Made by a program: the position numbers and the translations under genes. Below, one piece after another: positions 37,052-46,006 of a stretch of DNA of 64,000 bases. How positions within the stretch are numbered: position 1 is the first letter of the stretch; every line of letters begins with the position of its first letter. The notes under the pieces are model-generated. The model saw nothing but the letters and a program-made list of their open reading frames with translations, did not search any database and was not told the origin of the DNA. This DNA comes from Clostridia bacterium (GTDB lineage: Bacteria > Bacillota > Clostridia > TANB77 > CAG-508), in assembly GCA_022792135.1 (NCBI GenBank), contig JAAWAM010000032.1, forward strand, positions 5,460 through 69,459, given 5' to 3'.

Positions 37052-38710
37052 ATGGATTATAAAGATTTAGCAAACTTAATATTTCCAGAAGCCAAGGAAA
37101 TAGCTTATTATGAAGAGAAATATCCAAGAAGAAATTTAAAAGAAGGGGCCATTGTAACTAGATTTGCACCAAGTCCAACAGGAGTTATGCACGTTGGTGG
37201 ACTATATCAAGCCTTAATTGCTAAAAAAATAGCAAACCAAACAGAAGGTGTATTTTTTTTAAGGATAGAAGATACAGACCAAAAAAGAGAGGTAGAAAAT
37301 GGAGTTAGTGGAATCGTTACTAGTTTAAAAGACTTTGCCATTGAACCACATGAAGGGATGAGTTCTGAAACAGAAGAAATTGGAAACTATGGACCATATA
37401 AACAATCACAAAGAAAAGAAATCTATCAAGCATATGCTAAATATATGATAGAACAAGGAAAAGCTTATCCATGCTTTTGTACACCAGAAGATGGAGAGCA
37501 AATTAGAGCAAAACAAGAAGCAGCAAAAATAAGACCAGGTTATTATGGCGTATGGGCAAAATGTAGAAATCATACAGTAGAAGAAATGGCAGAAAGAATA
37601 AAAAAGGGAGAAAGTTATATTATTCGTTTTAAATCACCAGGAAGAGAAGACAAAAAAATCAAACATAAAGATGTAATTAAAGGAAATGTTGAATTTCCAG
37701 AAAATGACCAAGATATCGTAATAATAAAAGCAGATGGACTTCCAACTTATCATTTTGCACACGCAGTGGATGACCATTTAATGGGAACTACTCATGTTAT
37801 TCGTGGTGATGAATGGTTGTCTTCTGTACCTTTACATTTACAACTGTTTTATGAATTAGGTTTCAAAGCACCTAAATATGCACACATTGCACCAATCATG
37901 AAAAATGATAAGGGAAACAAAAGAAAATTGAGTAAAAGAAAAGATCCAGAAGCAGCAGCTAGTTACTATGAAGAAGTAGGAATTCCAGCAGAAGCAGTAA
38001 AAGAATATTTATTCAATATAGCTAACTCAACTTTTGAAAACTGGAGAAGAGCAAATCCAGATAAAAGTATGGAAGAATTTGAACTTCAATTAAACAAAAT
38101 GAGTGTAAGTGGAGCCTTATTTGATATGGTAAAATTATTAGATGTTGGAAAAACAGTCATATCAAAATATACAGCAGAAAAAGTCTATGAGGAAGCATAT
38201 AACTGGGCTGAAAAGCATGAGGAAGAATTAGCCAATCTATTAAGGAATAAAGAATATGCTTTAAAAGTATTTGGAATTGAAAGAGGAAACAAAAAGCCAA
38301 GAAAAGATATTGCCAAATGGTCAGATGTAAAAGAAAATATTGAATATATGTATGACGAAGCTTTTGATAAAAAGGAACAAGAATATCCATATCAAGTAAT
38401 CAAGGAGAAAGAAGAGGTTCAAAAAATCTTAAGTTTATATATAGAAAGATATTATGATGAAAATGACGATAAACAAACATGGTTTAATAAAATAAAAGAG
38501 TTAGCGGGAGAAATGGGATATGCCAAGGAAGTAAAAGAGTTCAAAGCAAATCCAGAAAAGTACAAAGCTCATGTAGGAGATGTAAGTACTGTTTTAAGAG
38601 TTGCTCTAACAGCGAGAACCAACACACCAGATATGTATGAAATTATGCAAGTTTTAGGAAAAGAGAGAATCATAAAAAGATTTGAAAAGGCAAAACAATT
38701 CTTTTCATAG
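37052..38710 (+). CDS. gltX: Glutamate--tRNA ligase (class I, long form)
   Basis: RFAPSPTGVMHVGG (HIGH-type) and KLSKRK (KMSKS-type). The presence of gatA/gatB argues for GluRS rather than GlnRS. Confidence 0.8.
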   Translation: MDYKDLANLIFPEAKEIAYYEEKYPRRNLKEGAIVTRFAPSPTGVMHVGGLYQALIAKKIANQTEGVFFLRIEDTDQKREVENGVSGIVTSLKDFAIEPHEGMSSETEEIGNYGPYKQSQRKEIYQAYAKYMIEQGKAYPCFCTPEDGEQIRAKQEAAKIRPGYYGVWAKCRNHTVEEMAERIKKGESYIIRFKSPGREDKKIKHKDVIKGNVEFPENDQDIVIIKADGLPTYHFAHAVDDHLMGTTHVIRGDEWLSSVPLHLQLFYELGFKAPKYAHIAPIMKNDKGNKRKLSKRKDPEAAASYYEEVGIPAEAVKEYLFNIANSTFENWRRANPDKSMEEFELQLNKMSVSGALFDMVKLLDVGKTVISKYTAEKVYEEAYNWAEKHEEELANLLRNKEYALKVFGIERGNKKPRKDIAKWSDVKENIEYMYDEAFDKKEQEYPYQVIKEKEEVQKILSLYIERYYDENDDKQTWFNKIKELAGEMGYAKEVKEFKANPEKYKAHVGDVSTVLRVALTARTNTPDMYEIMQVLGKERIIKRFEKAKQFFS

Positions 38711-38721
38711 GAGGAACTTTT

Positions 38722-38910
38722 ATGAAATATGAAGTAGGAGACATCGTAAGAACCAAAAAACAACATCCATGTGGTAGCAAATTATGGGAAATAACCAGAG
38801 TAGGGGTAGACTTTAAATTAAAATGTCAAGGATGTGAACACATCGTAATTTTACCAAGAGAAAAAGCCATAAAAGCAATTACAAAAAGAGAAAAAAGAGC
38901 TAGTGAATAG
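38722..38910 (+). CDS. DUF951 family small protein
   Basis: 62 aa: GDIVRTKKQHPCGS..W.I.R.G.DFKLKC..C.H, a typical DUF951 zinc-ribbon-like pattern. Confidence 0.7.
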   Translation: MKYEVGDIVRTKKQHPCGSKLWEITRVGVDFKLKCQGCEHIVILPREKAIKAITKREKRASE

Positions 38911-39004
38911 TTTTATGAATAAAATAAACAGTCACCAAAAGACAAAAAACGACATATATTATAATATAGTATCAAACAGGGTACTATATTGGAGGTGACT
39001 TAGT

Positions 39005-39283
39005 ATGGAACCACAAGAAACTATTTATTGCTATGACAATAGAGAAGAAAAATGCCCAAGAAAAAGAAATTGTTTGGGAATTGTAGCAATCATATTATTA
39101 ACAGCATTTGTTTTAGTACTTGGATTACTAATTGGTGCAGCACTAGCAGCCGTGATACTTGCAGCATTACCAGCAATTATTGTGTTAGCAGTGATATTAG
39201 GACTATTATTAATATTAACAATTATCTTAATGTTATGCAATAGAAAGAAAGACAAAAAACACAAATGCAAATGTTGTTGCTAA
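39005..39283 (+). CDS. Small membrane protein with long hydrophobic core and Cys-rich C-terminus (KCKCCC)
   Basis: 92-aa ORF with GGAGGTG SD and terminator at 39290-39327. Confidence 0.4.
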   Translation: MEPQETIYCYDNREEKCPRKRNCLGIVAIILLTAFVLVLGLLIGAALAAVILAALPAIIVLAVILGLLLILTIILMLCNRKKDKKHKCKCCC

Positions 39284-39329
39284 AAATAAATAAGAGGTTT
39301 TCTAAAAATAGAAAACCTCTTTTATGTTC

Positions 39330-39911
39330 CTATATAAATTTATCAAGTATTTTCCAAACTTCCTCTTTATAAATTTTTCTTTCTGATGAAAACGGAAGTG
39401 TAGTAATGTCTCCAATGGGATTGATTTGTTTTTGCAATTCACAAACGGCATAATCTACTTTGGTAATTGCTATTTTATCCGCTTTATTTGCTAAGATGAT
39501 AAAAGGTAATCCAGAAGATATAATATAATGATACATCAATTTATCATTAGCAGTTGGACTATGGCGGATATCGATTAAAAAGATAATCAGAGAGATTTCT
39601 TTTCTATGAAATAGATATTCTTCAATAAATTTGCCAACTTGTTCTTGTTCTTTTTTAGACATTTTGCTATAACCATAACCAGGTAAATCAACAAAGTAAA
39701 AGTTCTCGTCTATATTATAAAAGTTAATTTGACGAGTTTTACCAGGTTCACTACTCGTTCTGGCTAACTTTTTTCGATTTATCATCGTATTGATAAAACT
39801 TGATTTTCCAACATTAGATTTTCCCACTAAAACAATTTCTGGTAAACCATTTTTAGGATATTGCTTAGGGGATACTGCTGAAATTTCAAATTTAGGATTT
39901 TTTACTAACAT
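39330..39911 (-). CDS. engB: Ribosome-biogenesis GTPase YsxC/EngB
   Basis: GKSNVGKSSFIN (G1), DLPGYGY (G3) and NKADK (G4). The start is ambiguous (39929 or 39911) and both overlap the serS 3' end. Confidence 0.85.
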   Translation of the reverse strand: MLVKNPKFEISAVSPKQYPKNGLPEIVLVGKSNVGKSSFINTMINRKKLARTSSEPGKTRQINFYNIDENFYFVDLPGYGYSKMSKKEQEQVGKFIEEYLFHRKEISLIIFLIDIRHSPTANDKLMYHYIISSGLPFIILANKADKIAITKVDYAVCELQKQINPIGDITTLPFSSERKIYKEEVWKILDKFI

Positions 39912-41184
39912 AAATTTTCTCCAATCCACCCATATAAGGTCTTAAAACTTCTGGAATGATTACACTTCCATCAGGTTGATAGTTATTTTCCATAATAGAA
40001 ATAAGCATTCTAGGTGGAGCAACTACAGTATTATTTAAAGTATGGGCAAAATAATTTCCGTTTTCGCCTTTAATACGAATACCAAGTCTACGTGCTTGTG
40101 CATCTGTTAAGTTAGAACAACTTCCTACTTCAAAATATTTCTTTTGTCTAGGACTCCAAGCTTCTACATCACATGATTTTGCTTTTAAATCTGCTAAGTC
40201 ACCACTACAACATTCTAAGGTTCTTACAGGAATGTTCATACTTCTAAAGAATTCAACTGTATAAGACCACATTTTTTCATACCAGTTCCAACTATCTTCT
40301 GGTTCACAAACAACGATCATTTCTTGTTTTTCAAATTGATGGATTCTATAAACACCACGTTCTTCCATTCCATGAGCTCCTTTTTCTTTTCGAAAGCAAG
40401 GAGAGTAAGAGGTCATCGTATAAGGCATTTCGTCTTTCTTTAAAATTTGATCTTTAAATTTACCAATCATAGAATGTTCACTAGTACCAATTAAATATAA
40501 ATCTTCTCCTTCAATTTTGTACATCATAGCATCCATTTCTTCAAAACTCATAACACCAGTTACAACATCACTTCGAATCATATAAGGTGGGATACAATAA
40601 GTAAATCCTTTGTTAATCATAAAGTCTCTTGCATAAGTAAGAATCGCTGAATGAAGTCTTGCAACATTACCCATTAAATAGTAAAAACCATTTCCAGAAA
40701 CTCTTCTTGCACTATCTAAGTCAAGTCCACCTAATTTTTCTAATATTTCACCATGAAAAGGAATTTCGTAGTCAGGAACCAGTGGTTTGCCATATTTTTG
40801 GATTTCTACATTTTCGCTATCATCTTTACCAATTGGGACAGATTCGTGCATGATATTTGGAATTTTCATCATTCTTGTTTTGATTTGTTCAGAATATTCA
40901 TTTTCTAACTTTTCATTTTCTTCTAATTTATCATTAATTTTAACTACTTGTGCTTTTATGGTTTCTGCTTCTTCTTTTTTACCAGCTTTCATCAGTTCTC
41001 CAATTTGGCTACTGAATGATTTTCTTTCAGCACGTAGTTGATCGCCATTTAATTTGGCTTGTCTATTGTTTACATCTAATTCGATTATTTCATCCACTAA
41101 TTTTAATTTGTTATCTTGAAACTTTTTTTTCATATTTTCTTTTACTACATCAGGGTTTTCTCTTAAAAATTTTAGATCAATCAT
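39892..41184 (-). CDS. serS: Serine--tRNA ligase
   Basis: MIDLKFLRENPD... coiled-coil arm plus class II core. I prefer the ATG at 41184, with a GGAGG SD 5 nt upstream, over the TTG at 41196. Confidence 0.95.
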   Translation of the reverse strand: MIDLKFLRENPDVVKENMKKKFQDNKLKLVDEIIELDVNNRQAKLNGDQLRAERKSFSSQIGELMKAGKKEEAETIKAQVVKINDKLEENEKLENEYSEQIKTRMMKIPNIMHESVPIGKDDSENVEIQKYGKPLVPDYEIPFHGEILEKLGGLDLDSARRVSGNGFYYLMGNVARLHSAILTYARDFMINKGFTYCIPPYMIRSDVVTGVMSFEEMDAMMYKIEGEDLYLIGTSEHSMIGKFKDQILKKDEMPYTMTSYSPCFRKEKGAHGMEERGVYRIHQFEKQEMIVVCEPEDSWNWYEKMWSYTVEFFRSMNIPVRTLECCSGDLADLKAKSCDVEAWSPRQKKYFEVGSCSNLTDAQARRLGIRIKGENGNYFAHTLNNTVVAPPRMLISIMENNYQPDGSVIIPEVLRPYMGGLEKIYVSKKS

Positions 41185-41326
41185 AATTACCTCCAAGTCT
41201 AATTAGGGAGATTTCTCCCATTTTGCTTTTTTTAAAAAATTATGCTAACATTATATCGTATTTTCTAATAAATGGCAACAAATTGGGATAAAATAAAAGA
41301 AAAATACAAATAGAAAGAGAGCAAAT

Positions 41327-42172
41327 ATGGTAGTTGAATTGATTAAATTAATGATTTATTCAGGATTAATTGTTTTAATATCAAAATATATCTTAGTAGG
41401 CACACTTAGGAAGTTGGCAGAAAATTTGAATTTAAAACCAAAAACAGTAGGAGAGGTAGCAGGGTATGCCACCTCTATGCCAGAACTGTTAACCATTGGG
41501 GCTTCAAGCTTTAATGGATTAGCTAGTGCTAGTATGATAAATGTTTTGAGTTCCAATGTGATTAATTTAGTGCAATATATAGCAGCTATTTCATTAAATA
41601 AAAATCAAAAGGCTTTACGAAATCAAGCCATAAAAGTAGATATCATTTTAGTCGTATTTACCATTGTAATTCCAATTGCATTATTAAGTTTTAACATGGA
41701 TGTGGGAAAGGGGATTATTCCTATCTTCCTTCTTTTATATTTCTTTTTTCGTTTTTTAAATGGAAATGTACACAAGTTATATTTAAAAAAAGAAGATGAA
41801 ATATTAGAAAGACAAATAGAAGAAGAGGAAAAGTGGGAAAGAGGAAATCCTAAAAAGACAATTCGTTATACGCTCTATCTATTGGTAAGTGGAGTTTTGC
41901 TTTTTGTGGTAGGCAATTTGCTAGGAAATACATTAGAAAATTTGTGTAACCAATTTCAAATATCACAAACTATCATTGGGATTTTACTGGGATTTATTAC
42001 AAGTATTCCTGAATTAATTACATTTTTTGAAGCTCAAAAACATTACAAAAAACAAAAAAGTGATGATATTTTAGGTGTGGTTGAAGCAACCAATAATCTT
42101 TTGACTTCTAATCTATTAAATCTTTTTGTCATCCAATCCATTGGAATTTTAATTTATGCAATAGTTAAGTAG
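41327..42172 (+). CDS. Ca2+/Na+ antiporter-type (CaCA, Na_Ca_ex) membrane protein
   Basis: Two alpha-repeat-like motifs: GEVAGYATSMPELLT and GILLGFITSIPELIT. Confidence 0.7.
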   Translation: MVVELIKLMIYSGLIVLISKYILVGTLRKLAENLNLKPKTVGEVAGYATSMPELLTIGASSFNGLASASMINVLSSNVINLVQYIAAISLNKNQKALRNQAIKVDIILVVFTIVIPIALLSFNMDVGKGIIPIFLLLYFFFRFLNGNVHKLYLKKEDEILERQIEEEEKWERGNPKKTIRYTLYLLVSGVLLFVVGNLLGNTLENLCNQFQISQTIIGILLGFITSIPELITFFEAQKHYKKQKSDDILGVVEATNNLLTSNLLNLFVIQSIGILIYAIVK

Positions 42173-42182
42173 TACTGTTTTT

Positions 42183-42215
42183 TGGTCAAGTAGGACCGGT
42201 TCTTAATGAGCCATT
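42183..42215 (-). repeat. REP-like hairpin repeat, copy C (inverted orientation)
   Basis: The reverse complement aatggctcattaagaaccggtcctacttgacca aligns with the copies at 45915 and 45957. Confidence 0.6.
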
Positions 42216-42228
42216 TTTAGAAAAAAGG

Positions 42229-42258
42229 TTGACAAAGCAATAAAAGATGTGTTAAAAT
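42229..42258 (+). promoter_or_regulatory. Sigma-A promoter of the infC-rpmI-rplT operon
   Basis: TTGACA, 18 nt, TAAAAT, with TGt extended -10. Confidence 0.65.
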
Positions 42259-42264
42259 AATATA

Positions 42265-42393
42265 CGTTACAAGAAGAAGTCAAACTTCTCACCTTATCTA
42301 AACAAGGAAAAAGGTTAGAAATTGAATAAAGATTAGCTACATAAGCTAGTTTTATTTTGAATTTGACTTGTAACAAAAGTCAAATTTTTTATT
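42265..42393 (+). promoter_or_regulatory. infC leader with intrinsic attenuator (L20-leader-type autoregulatory region)
   Basis: About 145-nt 5' UTR ending in hairpin 42360-42386 (aatttgactt / aagtcaaatt) plus a T-run immediately before the infC SD. Assignment to the Firmicute L20 leader is by position only. Confidence 0.5.
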
Positions 42394-42410
42394 ATTTGGA
42401 GGTGTTTTTT

Positions 42411-42926
42411 ATAAAACAAGAATTACCAATTAACAGACAAATCAGGGCAAAAGAAGTTCAACTAATCGGAGAAAAGGGAGAAAAACTAGGAATTATTTCT
42501 TTACAGGAAGCTTTAGAAAAAGCAGGAGAAAAAAACTTAGACTTAGTCTTAGTAGCACCAAATGCAAATCCAGTTGTTTGTAAAATTATGAACTACGGAA
42601 AATACAAATTTGAACAAGCCAAAAAAGAAAAAGAAGCTAAGAAAAAGCAAAAAGTTTTAGAATTAAAAGAAATAAGAGTAACTCCTAATATCGAAGAACA
42701 TGACTTTGGTTTCAAATCTAAAAATGCAAGAAAATTTTTAACAGATGGAAACAAAGTAAAAATTACAGTTAGATTTAGGGGAAGAGAAGTAAACAATGCC
42801 AAAGCGGGAGAAGCCGTTTTAAACAAATTTATTGAGAATTTAGAAGAAATTGCAACTGTTGAAAAGAAACCTAAATTAGAAGGTAGAAATATGTTTACTA
42901 TTTTAGCTAAAAAAGCAGATAAATAA
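42411..42926 (+). CDS. infC: Translation initiation factor IF-3, with non-AUG (ATA) start
   Basis: GGAGGTG SD 7 nt upstream of ATA 42411. The protein begins (M)KQELPINRQIRAKEVQLIGEKGE, matching IF-3 N-termini, and no in-frame ATG/GTG/TTG is suitably placed. Confidence 0.9.
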   Translation: MKQELPINRQIRAKEVQLIGEKGEKLGIISLQEALEKAGEKNLDLVLVAPNANPVVCKIMNYGKYKFEQAKKEKEAKKKQKVLELKEIRVTPNIEEHDFGFKSKNARKFLTDGNKVKITVRFRGREVNNAKAGEAVLNKFIENLEEIATVEKKPKLEGRNMFTILAKKADK

Positions 42927-42971
42927 CAATCTGTAAAAATAAAAACAAAAAGCGAAAGGAGTTTAAAAGTT

Positions 42972-43175
42972 ATGCCAAAATTAAAAACAAACAAAGCTGC
43001 TAAAAAAAGATATTCTTTAACAGCTACAGGAAAAGTAAAAAGAACAAAATCAAACAGAAGACACTTATTAGCGAATAAAACAAAAAGACAAAAAAAATCA
43101 GGAAGAATCCAAAACGGATATGCTGACAAAACTTGTGAAAATACAATCAAAAAATTATTACCATATGGTAACTAA
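42972..43175 (+). CDS. rpmI: 50S ribosomal protein L35
   Basis: MPKLKTNKAAKKRY.... Confidence 0.95.
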   Translation: MPKLKTNKAAKKRYSLTATGKVKRTKSNRRHLLANKTKRQKKSGRIQNGYADKTCENTIKKLLPYGN

Positions 43176-43209
43176 GAATGAAAAATAGAATTAAGGAAGG
43201 TGAAAATAA

Positions 43210-43560
43210 ATGGCAAGAGTAAAAACAGCAAGAACAACAAGAGCAAGACATAAGAAAATATTAAAACAAGCAAAAGGATACTATGGAGCAAAAAGTTATA
43301 GATTTAGAAATGCTAACCAAGCAGTTATGAAATCTTTATCATATGCTTATGTAGGAAGAAAAGATAGAAAAAGTAATTTTAGAAAATTATGGATCGCAAG
43401 AATTAATGCTGCTGCAAGAATGAATGGAACAACTTACAGTAAAATGATAGCAGGATTAAAAAAGGCGAATATTACAATTAACAGAAAAATGTTAGCAGAA
43501 GTTGCTGTATCTGATCCAAAAGCATTTACAGAGATTGCTGAAATGGCAAAAAAAGCGTAA
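43210..43560 (+). CDS. rplT: 50S ribosomal protein L20
   Basis: [27 protein letters not shown].... Confidence 0.95.
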   Translation: MARVKTARTTRARHKKILKQAKGYYGAKSYRFRNANQAVMKSLSYAYVGRKDRKSNFRKLWIARINAAARMNGTTYSKMIAGLKKANITINRKMLAEVAVSDPKAFTEIAEMAKKA

Positions 43561-43607
43561 TAGAAAAGAAAAATCACTATTAGGAAAAATTCCCAATAGC
43601 GATTTTT

Positions 43608-44018
43608 TTATTGCTTTTTCATTTTAGGTTTTGAAATAAGAGCAGCTAGATATCCAAAGAATACAGCAGCAGCAATACCACCAGCAGCAGCCTTAACACC
43701 ACCTGTAAAAGCACCAACCAAACCAGTTTCTTTCACAGCTTCAATGGCACCTTTTGCTAAATTATAGCCAAAACCAGTAAGAGGAACTGTAGCACCAGCA
43801 CCAGCAAAATCAACTAAATATTGATAAATTCCTAAACCACCTAGAATAGCTCCAGCAGTAACAAATATAACTAAAATTTTAGCTGGTGTTAATTTAGTTT
43901 TATCAATTAAAATTTGGCCAATAATACAGATAATTCCACCAGTAACAAAACATTTTAGTAACATCATCCAATTGAAAACATTAGCCCAATTCATATCCAT
44001 ATCAATCCATCCTTTCAT
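43608..44018 (-). CDS. spoVAE: Stage V sporulation protein AE (SpoVAEB-type)
   Basis: Small four-TM protein last in the spoVAC-AD-AE order. The start may be an internal Met near 44000. Confidence 0.8.
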   Translation of the reverse strand: MKGWIDMDMNWANVFNWMMLLKCFVTGGIICIIGQILIDKTKLTPAKILVIFVTAGAILGGLGIYQYLVDFAGAGATVPLTGFGYNLAKGAIEAVKETGLVGAFTGGVKAAAGGIAAAVFFGYLAALISKPKMKKQ

Positions 44019-44047
44019 GGGACATTTTCCTGTCCCTCATGTTTCAT

Positions 44048-45049
44048 TTAAATTTCGATGCTAATTGCATGAGCAATTCCAGGAATACTTTCACCTTGTT
44101 GAGAAGTTGTGGAATTGGTTAAAGCACCAGTTGCGATTAATAATAGTTTTTTCAATTTCTTATCTTTTAATTGTTTAAACAAATAGCCTGAAAATACTGT
44201 ACCACAACAAGCACAACCACTACCACCTGAATGAGTATCTTGTGCATTTTTATCAAAAATTAAAACACCACAATCATTATAATTGGATTTGATATTGTAT
44301 CCTTGTGATTTGGCAATATCAATAGCAATTTCTTTTCCAATATGACCTAAATCTCCACTAATAATAGCATCATAATAATTCGGACTTCTACCAGTATCTA
44401 AGAAGTGAGTGATCAAAGTATCAGCAAATGCTGGAGCCATGGCAGCTCCCATATTATTAGCATCCTTAATTCCCATATCCACAATCTTTCCAGGTGTAAT
44501 ATGTGTAATGTAAGGACCTTCGCCATTTTTAGATAAAATAGCAGCACCAGATCCAGTAACTGTCCATTGACTGGTAGGTGGACGTTGATTTCCTAATTCA
44601 AGAGGAAATCGGAATTGTTTTTCAGCACTACAAAAGTGACTAGAAGTAGCACATAAAACATGATTAGCAAATCCCTCTATTGCCATTGCACCTAAGCTCA
44701 TGGATTCTACAAAAGTAGAACAAGCACCAAATACACCAAAAAAGGGAATATTGGCTTCTCTTAAACCAAAACTAGAAGAAATACATTGATTTAATAAATC
44801 ACCTGCGAACATACAATCAATATCGCTACTAGAAATTCCAGATTTAGAAATAACTGTATTGACAGTTTCCTTTATAATCTTACTTTCAGCTTTTTCCCAA
44901 GTATTTTCTCCCCAGAATTCATCTTCTAAAGTTTGGTCAAAATATTTAGCCAGAGGACCTTGAGATTCTTTTGGTCCAACAATGCTGGCACAATCAACAA
45001 TGGTTGGGGGGGTATTGAATTTTATAGTTTGTTTTCCTATTTTTTCCAA
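44048..45049 (-). CDS. spoVAD: Stage V sporulation protein AD (thiolase-like fold, DPA binding)
   Basis: 333 aa with the typical SpoVAD sequence (GPKESQGPL, FAGDLLNQ). Confidence 0.9.
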   Translation of the reverse strand: MEKIGKQTIKFNTPPTIVDCASIVGPKESQGPLAKYFDQTLEDEFWGENTWEKAESKIIKETVNTVISKSGISSSDIDCMFAGDLLNQCISSSFGLREANIPFFGVFGACSTFVESMSLGAMAIEGFANHVLCATSSHFCSAEKQFRFPLELGNQRPPTSQWTVTGSGAAILSKNGEGPYITHITPGKIVDMGIKDANNMGAAMAPAFADTLITHFLDTGRSPNYYDAIISGDLGHIGKEIAIDIAKSQGYNIKSNYNDCGVLIFDKNAQDTHSGGSGCACCGTVFSGYLFKQLKDKKLKKLLLIATGALTNSTTSQQGESIPGIAHAISIEI

Positions 45050-45074
45050 GATAATATCTCCTTCCTATTTAAAA

Positions 45075-45539
45075 TTAAACTAAAGTAATACTTTGTGTAT
45101 TAAATATTAAAAAAATAATGCCAACTAAAATCGAAGCAGAAATACCAAAAACAAGAACTGGTCCTGCTACAGTAAACATCTTTCCACCTACGCCCATCAC
45201 ATAACCTTCTGACTTATATTCCATGGCTGGGGAAACGATAGAATTGGCAAATCCAGTAATTGGAATTAAAGAACCAGCACCAGCAAATTTTCCAATTTTA
45301 TTAAATAAGTTCAATCCTGTTAAAAAAGCTGAAATTCCAATCAATAAAATGGAAACAATTGTACCAGAAGTCTGAGTATCAAAACCACGTTCTTTACATA
45401 TATTAAGAATAACTTGTCCAACGGTACAAATGAATCCACCAACCCAAAATGCATTCAAACAATTTTTTAAAATAGGAGAATTGGGAGATTTTTTATCCAC
45501 ATATTCTTGATAAGTTTGTTTTGTTTCTAAAGGATTCAT
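45075..45539 (-). CDS. spoVAC: Stage V sporulation protein AC
   Basis: 154 aa, four TM helices, KNCLNAFWVGGFICTVGQ motif. Confidence 0.9.
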   Translation of the reverse strand: MNPLETKQTYQEYVDKKSPNSPILKNCLNAFWVGGFICTVGQVILNICKERGFDTQTSGTIVSILLIGISAFLTGLNLFNKIGKFAGAGSLIPITGFANSIVSPAMEYKSEGYVMGVGGKMFTVAGPVLVFGISASILVGIIFLIFNTQSITLV

Positions 45540-45552
45540 AATATTCTACCTC

Positions 45553-45771
45553 CTAACTATCTTTGCGATTTAAATCAAGTGTAAAACTTAAATCCAAATC
45601 CACAAAATATTCAGAAATTTTATCTCCATCAATAGTAGCTCTTTGCTCTAATATGGTAACCTCTGATAAATAATCAATGGTTTTAGAAGCTTCTGCAATC
45701 GCCTTTACAATGGCATCTTTCCAAGAAACTGTAGAGTTTCCTGTTATCATTAAATGTTTTTTTATATCCAT
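45553..45771 (-). CDS. Dodecin-like small flavin-binding protein
   Basis: 72 aa; ITGNSTVSWKDAIVKAIAEASKTI resembles the dodecin (GxS..SwedA...A...A.kt) pattern. It ends 13 nt upstream of spoVAC. Confidence 0.6.
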   Translation of the reverse strand: MDIKKHLMITGNSTVSWKDAIVKAIAEASKTIDYLSEVTILEQRATIDGDKISEYFVDLDLSFTLDLNRKDS

Positions 45772-45872
45772 ATCAAACCTCCAAAAAAACTTTTACCAAT
45801 ATCTTTTCCAAAAGTTAGAAAAAATATACAAAAATAGTAGAAAATATAATCAAAAAATTATATAATCGACTT

Positions 45873-45997
45873 AATGGCTAAAGAGGGACAGGTACACATT
45901 AGCCATTAAATGAAAATGGTCAAAGAAGAACCGTCCCTAATTAACCAAAACAAAAAAATGGTCAAGGAAGAACCGTCCCCAATTGACCAATTGACCA
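45873..45997. repeat. Cluster of three REP-like hairpin repeats (one inverted, two direct)
   Basis: 45873-45907 is aatggctaaagagggacaggtacacattagccatt. 45915-45947 is aatggtcaaagaagaaccgtccctaattaacca. 45957-45997 is aatggtcaaggaagaaccgtccccaattgacca plus a duplicated attgacca. Confidence 0.8.
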
Positions 45998-46006
45998 GAG
46001 GAGGAA

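Noticed and set aside
41185-41326. T-box leader upstream of serS (and similarly upstream of gltX at 36913-37051)
   Set aside because: The leaders are only about 130-140 nt, and I could find neither a T-box consensus sequence nor a specifier-loop/antiterminator arrangement.
44019-44047. GGGACA/TGTCCC hairpin between spoVAD and spoVAE as another REP-family copy
   Set aside because: It shares only the GGGAC core and lacks the AATGGTCA/TGACCATT stem. It is more simply an intercistronic stem.
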